Below are positions 25,825 through 37,330 of a stretch of 64,000 bases of DNA, in pieces. Positions within the stretch are counted from its first letter, which is position 1. Every line of letters starts with the position of its first letter. Source of the stretch: Schmidtea polychroa (Eukaryota); assembly GCA_044892525.1 (NCBI GenBank), contig CM097885.1, positions 186,434,001 through 186,498,000 on the forward strand. The letters run 5' to 3'. A program made the position numbers and the translations under genes. A model generated the notes under the pieces. The model did not search any database, had not been told where the DNA came from, and saw nothing but the letters and a program-made list of their open reading frames with translations.

Positions 25825-26052
25825 TCCAAGAGCGTTGCCACCCAACATGTGTCGCCGAATTCAAAATGTGTATAAAATGACTTAACTATTATTTGATTTG
25901 TGCTATTCAGTGTTTTGACATTTATTATTTGTGATCTGAAACATTCATTTTATGTTTTGTCTTATTTGATTAATTTTTATGTTTTTATTGTAATGCTGTT
26001 TACCAAAAGCCTTTCTTTAGTCTTGTTTTTTCTTGTTTTCGAGACGAAAATC

Positions 26053-26069
26053 TTTTAGGGGGTAAGACT
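26053..26069 (+). promoter_or_regulatory. Polypurine tract
   Basis: ttttagggggtaagact lies immediately before the TG of the 3' LTR at 26070. Confidence 0.65.
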
Positions 26070-26255
26070 TGTTAGGGATAGGCCTGGAGCCTTGTTGATA
26101 AAATAAATAAAAATTACTAAAATTAGAAATAGTATAAATAAAAATTACTGAAAATAAAAGATAGGTTTAATTAATTACTATTAATAGAATTAAGTAGTAT
26201 ATAGTAATATTTGATATTACTGTTACTATATATATTAATTATAAAATTGCTATTA

Positions 26256-27487
26256 CAGGGTTATTCATTATTATAAATACTTTTATGCAAAATTATAAAT
26301 ACTTTTATTCATTATTATAAATACTTTTTGTTTGAACCGCATGTCGCGCAAAATTAGAAAACCATTGACTTTGGATGGGTATAATTTCATAATAAGGCTT
26401 TCCAATGATGTTTCAATGACACTGAAAAATATATCGGAAATTACAGGATATTCCATAACAACAATAAGAAGAGCTATTGATGATCATCGCCAACAACGAG
26501 TATTTGTTAGCTCGGGCACAAAATTAAGGAACAAAATTAAAGAAAGAAATGCGGTTTTTACTACAGAAGAGTTGGTGATTCATAATTTAGTTTCATGCAA
26601 TAATCTTTTGACGCAATCAGAAATTTCAGAATCAGTACAGATTAGTACAAATAAAAAATTGTCGCAGTCAACAGTCTGCAGGAAATTAAAAAAATGCAAT
26701 ATAACGAGAAAAAGAGTTTCTTTAATTCCTGAGGAAAGAAATAACCAGGATAAAATTGACGCACGATCGATTTATGCCTCTGAAATTTCTAGGTTTGAGC
26801 CTGAATCATTAATTTTCCTGGATGAAACAGGACAACACAACACGCACATACGGATATTCAATTAAAAACTCCCAGTGTTATACAAACGTTAGAGCGAATA
26901 AGGGAGTGAACAATAGTGTAATGTGTGCTATTTCTGTAAGAGGCCTTGTCGAGTACGAAATAATTACAGGGGCATATAATTCAATTAGGTTTATTGAATT
27001 TATTGAGACAAAATTGGTTCCTTACTTTGCTGCGCACTCAAATTCTATTTTGATCATGGATAATTGTCGTTTTCATCATTCGCGTGAGGTTGCAAATGTT
27101 TTTTCTCGCAATAACATATCTTATAAATTCTTACCTGCATATTCGCCGCAGCTTAATCCAATTGAAGAATTTTTTTCTATGTTAAAATCAAGATTTCATA
27201 GGGATAAAATTGATCAACCAACTTCTACCATCAGAGAAAGATTGGCCAGAATATTTTGGATGGACTTTTCCGAGCCCTGTAATGGATTTTATATAAACAT
27301 GCGACGTTGGATAGAAAAAGCCAGGGCCAGAGAACAGTTTTTATAAATGTTAATTAAATTTCAAGTTTCAAAAGTGCTTTTTTATTTTGAATAAAAGTAT
27401 TTATAATAATGAATAAAAGTATTTATAATTTTGCATAAAAGTATTTATAATTTTGCATAAAAGTATTTATAATAATGAATAACCCTG
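26256..27487 (+). mobile_element. Tc1/IS630-family DNA transposon
   Basis: TA duplication at 26254-26255 and 27488-27489; the empty site gctat-TA-atata is visible in the 5' LTR. TIRs start CAGGGTTATTCATT and end AATGAATAACCCTG. Confidence 0.95.
26332..27346 (+). pseudogene. DD34E transposase with one frameshift
   Basis: HTH region, FLDETG, IMDNCRFHHS and FLPAYSPQLNPIEEFFS, with 34 residues between D and E. Frameshift near 26830-26860. Confidence 0.9.
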
Positions 27488-27556
27488 TAATATAATAAAT
27501 AATTAAAATATAATATAAATACGGGTTCAAAACGAGAACCAAGGGACGATAAAACA

Positions 27557-28350
27557 ATCCAATTAAAATATATCTTGGTCGATATGCTAAATTTGCTACC
27601 TTTATAGAGTATGTTGAATCTTCTCTCATGTCAAATACACTACAGATTCTATTTAAATAATTTACATTTATGGACTTATTGGAATTTAATCTTTCCAAGA
27701 GTTTAATTTCAGCATGTGGATTTAATGTCCATTCGGGTATATGTAATTCAATTGTTGTTAATTATAATTTAGCTTTTGTATCTGCAGCTCCATAAAATAA
27801 TACTTTATCATCTATTACTCTATTACATAGTAATTCTATAAAAACATTATGAAGTACACGATTATAATTTTGAAGTAATCCAAATAAATTTTTCAATTCT
27901 AAATAACCTTCAAATTTTTTAGATTTATAAAGTTGAACTTGTTTATGATAACCATAATTTATATCTAAGCCATCTTTATCTAAATCACCTTTGTTAACAT
28001 CAGGGATCCAACCTGTTAATTCACCATATTTATTTTTGTAATCACAACCAGTCAAAACAAAATTTAACATTGTAGAATATACACCTACACTTGATATATT
28101 TTCAATTTCTCATGATCCTAATTTTAATCTCATGCTGTTAAATAAATTTTAAAAGAAATTATTTTCTAGGGTAATATTTTTGTTTGCTTCAATCTCTAAT
28201 TCAATTTTGTAATATAATTTTTGATGTTTGGAGAGATTGAAAAACTATATCACCTCCACGATTTAAATTTGAAATGGAACCAGAAGTTGGACAAATTTTA
28301 AGTACATCATTTTTCTTGATTTCATGAATAAACTGTTTATCATAATCAAG
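27557..28350 (-). pseudogene. Polinton major capsid protein remnant, cut at the LTR junction
   Basis: Minus-strand LNRGGDIVF, ITLENNFF, MRLKLGS*EIE, LKNLFGLLQNYNRVLHNVFIEL and AYRPRYILIG resemble Polinton/adintovirus double jelly-roll capsid motifs. Many stops and frameshifts. Confidence 0.7.
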
Positions 28351-28480
28351 ATTTAATTAATTTTTTTCTGAAATCTCGAGATTTATATTGTTCATTTTTA
28401 TAATAGAAATTTCAATTTTTATATTTATATATTTTTCAATTTTTATATTTTTCTTTTATCTTTAAAACTTGTTTACATAA

Positions 28481-28977
28481 ACACCCATGGGATCGATCCT
28501 ATAATGTGCACATTTATTTCGAAATGTTTCTCGGTAGTTTTCGGACCTCTTTCGGATTCGCTTTCGAATTCATTTGTACTTTCGATCAGCACGCTTTAAA
28601 CGCCGATGAAATCGTATTCAGGCGAGAAGCGAATAATAAATATTAAAAATAAAAATATTAAATAAATATTAAAAAAATATATAGTGTGGGTATCTTAGGA
28701 AATACATCTTGTATATTTGATTTTTTTATTAATTAATTAAATTTTAAATATAAATATGAATAAAAAATTATTGGAACGGAGTGTGGTTGGCGAACTGGGA
28801 ACTACCGCCACCAGTCTTTCGTACACCCATGGGATCGATCCTATAATGTGCACATTTATTTCGAAATGTTTCTCGGTAGTTTTCGGACCTCTTTCGGATT
28901 CGCTTTCGAATTCATTTGTACTTTCGATCAGCACGCTTTAAACACCGATGAAATCGTATTCAGGCGAGAAGCGAATA
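28481..28977. repeat. 155-bp direct repeat pair (28481-28635 and 28823-28977)
   Basis: acacccatgggatcgatcc...gagaagcgaata occurs twice with one mismatch. Confidence 0.9.
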
Positions 28978-29514
28978 GTAAGGCGTGCTGCTATTATTGA
29001 ATTGATTCTGATGTATGAGTCTGGTCAGCTTGTATATTGGAAGAGATTCGATAAACGAAAGAGGTCAAAAATGATAAATAAAAAAATGATCCGGATCAAA
29101 AAAACTGTTGAGAGGACAGTGGAAAAAAAACAAATACCACTGTCCTCTCAAAGCAGTTTTACTGTTTCATAAATTTCTTTTTATTCTTTAAATTACAAGA
29201 CTTCAAGATTACAAATAAAGAAAATAATTAATTATTAATTTCATTAATAAATATTTACACAATAACAACTTATTTTTTAGTATATATAGCAGAAATATTG
29301 TCAATACCAATGGGTTCAAAACGCATTTCGGTCACTTTTTTCAAATTTTTTAACGGTATATTGATCAGCATTCTCGATTTAGTACGTGTACAAATTTTTA
29401 AGGTAATTAGTCAACGACATCCCTTAGAAATTTTTATATTTTTCAATTTTTCTTTTATTGGTAAAACTTGTTTTACCAATAAAAGTTATATTTTTATATG
29501 TTAAAGTCTAGTAG

Positions 29515-29848
29515 TGTATATTAAAATTATTAAATCCTTGTATTATTAAATCCTTACATCTATAATATATAACAATTTGATTATTCTTGGCTACCAATAA
29601 AATTTGAGTACTCAACATTATTGAAATTATTTTTTTTTTAAAATTATTAAATCATTGTATACATGTATATTTAAATTATTATTATTTTAATATACATAGA
29701 TTTGTAGTAGTGTCTAAAATGGGAATCCTAGGTCGCCCCATCCCCTCCCGAAGGGTGAGCGAGGATAAAAAAAACAAACTTGTTTTGTTTTTTTTTACGA
29801 GCGAATCTTGGGGTGGGGCGACCTAGGATTCTCATTTTAGACACTACT
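29515..29848 (-). repeat. Polinton right TIR
   Basis: Ends ...tagacactact and is followed by the TATACA TSD. Inverted copy of 8271-8595. Confidence 0.9.
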
Positions 29849-32800
29849 TATACATATGTTGTTATTAAAAAGAATTATAATTAGATATAATTATCACAAA
29901 TCAATTACTTACTTGATGGTTAAATACACGGTAAATGCAAAATTTTAAACTATATAATAATAAATCCAACCGATTACAAAATCAAACTAAATCATTTGCA
30001 GTTGCTCAGCAACTGTGTTTTACCGCAAAACGAGGCCTACTGTGTTTATCCTATAGAAAAGTAACCGAAAAAATATTTGAAAAATATTATTAGTATTAAT
30101 TATTTTAAAAATTTTCAGAAAGAATTTCAATTGTAATTTGTAATTAAAATACAAACTATGTGAAAAGGCCGCAGGTTCCCCACACCTGTTCTAGAACATT
30201 CTAGTTGATTGGTAACAATAATTATTTAGATACGATAATTAGTTAATATTTCTCTATGAACAAAATCTATGAATAAAAATATTAATCTTAGTTATATAAA
30301 AAAATTCTAGAAGATTCTATTTGGTTGCTTAGCTAATTAATTAATGTTAATTGTTTTGTTCATAAATTCGAATTAATCAATACATTACTTTATCAAACAA
30401 GTAAGATTTTAATTTGCTGTTGTTGTTAAATATTTATTTTGTTTTCTTTTAGATAATTATCAAATAAAATAAATTATTCAAAGAAAAATGACAAATAATA
30501 TTCAAAAGGTTAAAGTAATTTAGAAAATAACATGCGATCCGGATGATGATGATTATTTTTATGATAAATGTTAGTATTTTTATATTTTTTTAATAAATTT
30601 TATAATAAATTTTAATTTTATAATTAGGGTGACCCAAAATTGGCATAAAAAAATAAAAAATGGAATTACATTTTTGACAAATTGGCATTTTATGGATAAT
30701 TTTAATTAAAGAGTTAAAAATTTATTACGGATAAAAATAAAAACTAATATTGTTAACCATAAAAATATGTCGGTTAAATTAAACTCAATATTTTCTTTAT
30801 CAATAAATAAAAATTTTTAATAATATGCATGAAAATTGAAAAAGTGCACCCAAATTTTTGTGAATTTGAGATTTTCTTCGTTTTAATTTTCTCCATTGGG
30901 TGTCTTTTCAAAAATATAATTAATATTATATTTAAACAAAATTTAAACATAAATCATGTTTTTTAAAAATTAAAAATGGCAAAAAATGTCATTTAGGTCG
31001 CCTTATTTATAATATTTAATTCAACTAAACAACATTAATATTTTAATTTATTTTTAATAAATTTTATAATTTTAATTTTTTTTCAAATAAATTTTATAAT
31101 ATTTAATTAAACAGCACAAGCTTTATGATTTCAAGTGCAATTCAAAAATAGTAGATTATTTTCAATCTTTTCGCTGTCATCAGTACTATGCAGGAGACGC
31201 AAAAAAATTCTTTTAGCACCAGGTAAGTATACAATATTGCAGATCTAGCTTTATTGCATACTTTCCATGGTACACTGGAAATCACATCACTTGCATAATA
31301 GCTTGGTCACAGATATCTATAGACTTGTAAACATATAGTATGAAAAATCATAATCACGTCTGCAGACTAAAAAATTAGTCAATACACAGAAACTGTTTAT
31401 AAATGCAACCGATTACCTTTAGCATTTTAAACTTATAATGTAATGGTATCAATTTTTTTTGTCGGATGTCTTACACTTGAATAAAATAAGCTGCACAAGG
31501 TTTGTGATTATAAACCTTTTTTCTCGTATATGGAACACAAAAAGGGAACCCGAATTATTTTAATAATATAAAATTAATTTAATAATTTATTTTAAGGTGT
31601 ACCCAAATTATTGTCAAAATACTATTCACACCAAAACTTGTCACAAAATTATGCAAAAATATTATGGTAAATCATATTATCAGCTAAATTACTTTTTATG
31701 TCCATATTGTGAAACTTTAAGTTCCGATCCTTACACGAACGACTACACTGAAACCATAAATGAAATAAACCTGACTTAAGTATCAGCAAAATTACATGAC
31801 CTCACAGGTGAATGGTATGCAAAAAAATGGTCCAAAATGACATGCCAAGGATATATATAAAAAATAATAGGAGCAAATAGACAATCAGTCCACTTAGTCG
31901 AATCGCACTCCCCATCAGACAGACAATACTTATTCATGATTAATGCAAGGAACAACGTGATAAGCCTCAAATATAGTGCCTATAGAATGAAAGAAAACAT
32001 GAGCACAATGACTAGACTATGTAACAAAGAATCAGAAAGACAGGTCCACATCTTCAATCACTGTACAAAAGCAGCAAATTCAAGAAGAAATAAACACAAC
32101 AATGTCACGGATAAGGTCAGCGAAAGCAAAAAGTAAAAGTTAACAGCCGATGTTGCCATAACTTTTATGTTAAAAAAACTTAAAAATGCTAACAACGTAA
32201 TAAGTCAAAAATTGCATTCAGCTCTCTTTCTTTGCATGCAAAAAAGGCGAACAGATATCAGTGGTGTACTTCAGCAGTTACACAATGGTAGAACAAATGT
32301 TTAGTCCAAATCCGAAATAAAGCTCGTAACAGTATCTTCCAATAAAATGTCGCAAAATAATAGTTGAGTTACTAGAAAGATTTGGTGCTACAAATCCAAC
32401 CACATCACAATAAAAGCTTATGAGTCTGAAGTTGAACCTTCTCTTTTAAATAACTCACCTCTCGAAATTATTTCAGATTCTTCTGAGTCTCCATCTGAAT
32501 CTCTTTCTTTTTCTCTTAAAGAACCTTTAAGTATTTCAGACGAGCTCAATAAAGCTATTAAAAAACCACATTTGCCGAGGATGCCAATTCGATGTGTGAT
32601 GCTGTCATCGAAAACTCAAAAATAAATGGTGTTTGTAATGTATTGTTATAATATACTTTTTTATTAGTTATTATGATTTGTAATGTATTGCTATTTTGGT
32701 TGTCGCGCGTATAGAGCTATAGAAAATTCGACAAATAAAAAAAAAGTCAATAAGAAGAATTAAAATTATCAAGGAACTAAACAAGACAAAATTGAAGTTA

Positions 32801-32854
32801 AATTCTAAAATTTGTATTCCAAATAAATATAAAGAAGAAAGATTGTTCTTAATA

Positions 32855-33051
32855 TCAGAGTGTTTCAAGACAAATCAGTACGAAGTTTGATTAATGAAGT
32901 TTATAATTCAGAGTGTTTTAAGATAAATCAGTACGAAGGTTGATTAACGAAGTTTATAATTCAGAGTGTTTTAAGATAAATCAGTACGAAGGTTGATTAA
33001 CGAAGTTTATAATTCAGAGTGATTCAAGACAAACCCATACGAAGGTTGATT
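32855..33051. repeat. 53-bp minisatellite, about 3.7 copies
   Basis: tcagagtg... units start at 32855, 32908, 32961 and 33014. Confidence 0.85.
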
Positions 33052-33360
33052 TCGAAGGATTTCGTCACACTAACATCAAAACCCTCACAAGACTTCCTAA
33101 TTTTATTAAATTCCCAACACAAAAATCCTTTCGAGAATTAAATAAAATAAACATTATCATAACATGGAAAAGAAAATTAAATAATAAAATACAATATATA
33201 TTATTATTATTAGTTTATTATTATTAGTATGTTATTATTAGTTATTATTATCTTTATTATTATTATGACATCATTATCGTAAAATGAAAAAATGAAATAA
33301 ATTAAGTACCAAATATTACTCTTATTATGTTGTCATCATGATAATTGTTAGTATCATTTG

Positions 33361-33361
<1 letters not shown>

Positions 33362-33427
<66 letters not shown>
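33362..33427. repeat. (TAT)n microsatellite
   Basis: Perfect TAT run. Confidence 0.95.
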
Positions 33428-33428
<1 letters not shown>

Positions 33429-33730
33429 TTCTTATTGCTGTACGACCAATTTCTGAGACTGAGGATTGGCTCTCTTGGACAGCCTCGACAAATTATTGCA
33501 CATCACGATTAGTAAGCAAAATGTAAATTAGTAATTATTGGAAAATTTTAATTAACAATTTTAATCGAGAACTAATTACATTAATACATTACGCAAGATT
33601 GTGGATAGATCTGTTACAAAATTATTAAATCTTATTATTATAAGAATTTGTCTTAAAATAATAACAAAAACCAATGGACTATAACCATAACCATAAAGGC
33701 CAAATTCGTTGCGATAAACAGAATTTATTA

Positions 33731-34969
33731 CAGGGTTATGCAAATCCTTATTTATACTAATCAATATACCTTTTTAATTAAAAGTTTTGAAAAAAATAAC
33801 AATAAGGGTCGCAAAGCAAGGACAACACTCAACAATGAACTTAGAGATCGTGTAATAAATTCTTCCAAAAAACCAAATTCTACTATTAAGGATCTTTCAG
33901 AAACCTTTCAACTGGATAGAAAGACAGTTAGAAAGATCCTAAGAGACGAAGAGAATAAAGTCGAGTTTGTACCGGGCGCTGAGAAGTGTAGGAAGACCTG
34001 TCGTCAAAGGTCACCGACTCTAAATCCAGAAGAGAAGGGAATACTCAACATTATAAGCTGCAACAACTCACTTATACAGGATGAGGTAAAAACCCTCTTG
34101 AGCAACGAATTCGGAATAAATACGACGCAATCAAAGGTTTCTAGAAAGTTGAAGAATCTTAAGCTAACCAGAAAAAGATTGACCCGTATTCCGATTGAGA
34201 GGAACACTGATAATCGCCTAGATGAGAGAGCAATATATGCATCTGAAATTTTAATGATAGGTGATGAAAACCTGGTATTTCTTGACGAAACGGGCTTCAA
34301 TCTGCACACAAGTAGGGCATACGGGTATTCTCCTATAAACACAAAAGCTTTTATCTAAGTTCCTGCTAACAGAAATGTGAATAGAAGTTCAATTTGTGTG
34401 ATTGGTATAAATGGTATAGTTGCCTATCAATATCGAACTGGTTCATATAACCAATTTCTATTTATCGAGTTTATATGTGAACATCTAATTCCCTACTTTC
34501 GACAAAACCCAGGCAAATTTCTGGTAATGGACAATGCAAAGTCTCATTCAAGAGATGTCCAGATTTTATGGTCCGAAAATCGAATTCCCGTTAAATTTCT
34601 AATATCTTACTCACCAGAGCTCAACCCAACTGAAGAGTTTTTTTCGATGTTAAAATCACGATATCATGGATTGAAAGCTGCCAACGCAAACATAAGGATA
34701 GAAGATGCTTTAGATGAGTTACTGGGAACTGATATATCTTATGGAGTAGAATATCGTGGTTTTTACTCTAATATGAGGGTATGGGTTGAAAAGGCAAGAC
34801 GAAGGGACCAATTTATATAATAAATGATCCTTTGAAATATATTTATGACGTTTTTAATTTTTTATCTCTCAACCCTCATATTTATATATTTTTATTAAAT
34901 GGGCATATAGATTTGCATAAATGGGGATATAGATTTGTATAAATGAGTATATAGATTTGCATAACCCTG
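33731..34969 (+). mobile_element. Second Tc1/IS630-family transposon
   Basis: TA flanks at 33729-33730 and 34970-34971. TIRs are CAGGGTTATGCAAATC and GATTTGCATAACCCTG. Confidence 0.9.
33738..34820 (+). pseudogene. Tc1-like transposase with one in-frame stop
   Basis: FLDETGFNLHTSRAYGYS, VMDNAKSH and YSPELNPTEEFFSMLK. ORFs 33738 and 34377 share a frame, with TAA at 34356. Confidence 0.9.
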
Positions 34970-35109
34970 TAAATATTTAATGAGAAATTAATAATCACAA
35001 TTCCTAACAATTCGGAAATATTTGAATTAATAAAAAAATAAAATAAATCTTTTCGAAATAATAATAAATCAAGGCAGTGAGATCATTAGAAGGGAATCTC
35101 AATGAAAGA

Positions 35110-35702
35110 TGAATAATATACAGTAGATAGTAATGTGTACTCCAGATCCTTTAAGAATCCTCGACTCGCACAAACATTTTTTGGACGAATTGCGGGTACT
35201 TTTTTTTATACTCCTTAAAAAAATTTTCAATTTGTTTTTAATCGGTGATTACGTAAAATTCAAAATTTGTCTTAATCATTGATTACATACTACTTTAAAT
35301 TTTGTTTTAGTAGGTGACAACGTATTATTTTAAATTTTGTTTAAAATGATGATTGTGTAATCAATTTTAAATTTTTATAAGAACTTTTGATACCTATATT
35401 ACCATGTATTCACAAGTTGGGAGAACATGTATAAAACATATAGAAATTAATATACGTGATGATAGCGGAAACTTAATCCGATTTGCAAGCAATTCAAACT
35501 TTACATTTTAGAAAACAAGATGTCTAATCCCGATATAGTTTCTTTTTATGCCAATAGTCAGATTGGTGGTGAATTACTTTATTTTGTTGGTAAACAATAC
35601 AGTTCTAGATGGTTAAAAACTGTTGGTCGGTTCGCTCTTCCTATTCTTAAACGTATAGGAAATTTGGGTATGAAAACTGAAAAAAGATGTAATAATAAAT
35701 AA
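35110..35702 (+). pseudogene. Fragment of a second Polinton (end of a minor-capsid-like gene plus a small core-protein-like ORF)
   Basis: IKHIEINIRDDSGNLIRF followed by MSNPDIVSFYANSQIGGELLYFVGKQYSSRWLKTVGRFALPILKRIG; both resemble Polinton/adintovirus structural genes. Confidence 0.5.
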
Positions 35703-36939
35703 TGCAAAAATATTACCATCTTTAATTTCCAATTCTATATCTGAATTCAGAGGCATTAACAGATGTAATTTCTTCATTACAAAATGTAATGGAATCAAAT
35801 TAAGCATCAGAATCTCAAGAGTATGAAACTTAGTCTAATCGAATAAAAATCAAAGGTATATAAACATGGAACTATTTTCAAAAAATGATTTGTGGAAAAA
35901 CTGAATAATTTATTTTTGATCGACCGACCCTCAGGCGGCAGTAGAATATACGACATTAAGACGTATTCCTATTGTTGGGCTGAAAGCTGGAATAATTAAA
36001 ATTTGAGTAAAAATAAAATCTTAGTAAATTAAAAGGAACCTGTATAAAAGGGTATTGAGGTAATCAACCAAGTGCAAGAAAAAAATCAAGAAATAAGAGA
36101 AAATAATAAGAAAATAAGATTGAAGTAAGAACCACGAAAATAAAATAAATAATATACAGATTAAAAGTAGGCAGAACTATTTAACAATAATCCACAAATC
36201 AAGACAAAATAATTAGGAAAAATAAAATAAAATTCAAAAAAGAGTAAAATAGCACTAAGGAAATAAATTATATGCAGAAAAAGATTATAAATTAAAACAA
36301 AGAAAGATTAAATTAAAAATTACAAACAAAACTACTATCAGAACCTAGCAAAAATAGGAAAAAAATAAAAATTAAATTACTTAATAAATTAATAAAAGAA
36401 ATAAATAATTAACGTAGAAAAACGGTTAAAAACATAAAAACAGGAGGAAAACACCACTTTACACGCTAACTAGGTCCTGATTGGACAAAAATTACTATAT
36501 AAGAATAACACTTGGTTGATTCCCTCAATCTACCACAATTCGATACAGGTAAAATTCGAGACCAGCTCAACAACACTCATTGAATTAACGACTATTCGAT
36601 ACTACAAAGCTTATTTAGGACTTATTCAGAGAAAAGACAATGTAAATTTTTAATTTTTATATTTTAGTAAAAATGTTTTGTATACGTCATATAGTAAAAA
36701 TAAATAAAATTATCAAGTATAAAATCCTGTTTTTTTCTTCACGTTAATGAATGTTTTTATGAATTACTGCATATGAATGACGCTTTAGTGATGGTATGCA
36801 GAAGATCTCCTCCCAAGAACAGAAGAATGATGAAATGTGAAATATCCAAATCATGGGAAAATGTGACCACATCCAGCATCAGAATGAGTCTGAGAGCGAT
36901 TGATGAGATAACGAGCATCATAGTATAATGCCCGAATGC

Positions 36940-37330
36940 GTTCCATAGGAAGGTGATGAAAAGAATATGAACACAGGAATGTTGGAATTGCGAATTTTAT
37001 TTTCATTATTTCGATATACATTTTATCTATAAGTATGGTTGACCTGTTCGTGTGGTTCGGTTGGGAATAGTTGACACTTGTGTCAGTTGTTTCCAGTTGA
37101 TTCGCATGGATGGCGAGGCCCGGCCAACGACTCTCTTTAAAGCTTTTCTCGTATGAATTTCGACACGGAGGATTTAATTCCAATGTTTATAAGCAGCTCT
37201 ATTTCTCGGTAGTGATGGACCTCGAATAAGTCATGTAAGATGGTTTTGTGGACGCTTATTTCATCAGTGACATGATCACTACATCTATTTCTCCAACGAC
37301 ATGATTTCCACATTAAATCTGAATTTTCCG
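36940..37330 (-). pseudogene. Possible non-LTR (CR1/L2-type) APE endonuclease relic
   Basis: QPNHTNRSTILIDKMY resembles PTR.T..S.TLID.I, FHHLPM resembles SDHLP, and a broken GDFN-like motif lies near 37310. Confidence 0.35.

Larger units (their letters stand above)
11862..27556 (+). mobile_element. Large Ty3/Gypsy LTR retroelement with an env-like glycoprotein and accessory domains; decayed, 3' LTR truncated
   Basis: LTR copies start TGTTAGGGATAGGCC at 11862 and 26070. PBS and PPT are present, and the domain order is gag...PR-RT-RH-IN. Confidence 0.95.
26070..27556 (+). repeat. 3' LTR, split by Tc1 and truncated after 253 bp of LTR sequence
   Basis: 26070-26255 plus 27490-27556 equals 11862-12114 with two mismatches. 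Similarity stops at gataaaaca. Confidence 0.9.
8271..29848. mobile_element. Polinton/Maverick element, internally deleted and carrying a nested Gypsy element
   Basis: About 330-bp TIRs beginning AGTAGTGTCT. A perfect 6-bp TSD TATACA lies at 8265-8270 and 29849-29854. A protein-primed polB gene sits at the left end and a capsid gene remnant at the right end. Confidence 0.92.
6784..30188 (-). mobile_element. hAT (SPIN/Charlie/GTF2IRD2-type) DNA transposon, split by the Polinton insertion
   Basis: The left end taatgatggggaaccttttc...aaggcc (6784) and the right end ggccgcaggttccccacacctg (to 30188) share the inverted core tggggaacct. The transposase reads on minus from an ATG at 8234, and its missing 5' leader fits 29855-30188. 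The right flank ttctagaa is a Charlie-type target site, but the left 8-mer (ttacatat) matches only 4/8. Confidence 0.6.

Noticed and set aside
14125-25864. Minus-strand ORFs over the Gypsy element, and the 62-65 aa antisense ORFs in the array
   Set aside because: They are shadows of the plus-strand coding frames, with no recognisable motifs.
28948-29172. ORF listed on the minus strand in the supplied track
   Set aside because: The listed peptide (MKSYSGEK...) actually reads on the plus strand from 28948. It is short, overlaps a repeat and hairpins, and has no recognisable domain.
30624-31006. MITE with tagggtgaccc / ggtcgcctta ends
   Set aside because: The inverted match is only about 10/15, with no convincing TSD.
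32855-33051. CRISPR-like array
   Set aside because: The units are contiguous 53-mers without unique spacers, there are no cas genes, and the context is eukaryotic.
26256-34969. Bacterial IS630 elements indicating contamination
   Set aside because: They are TA-flanked Tc1-type elements inserted into eukaryotic LTR and AT-rich sequence. No bacterial gene organisation is present.
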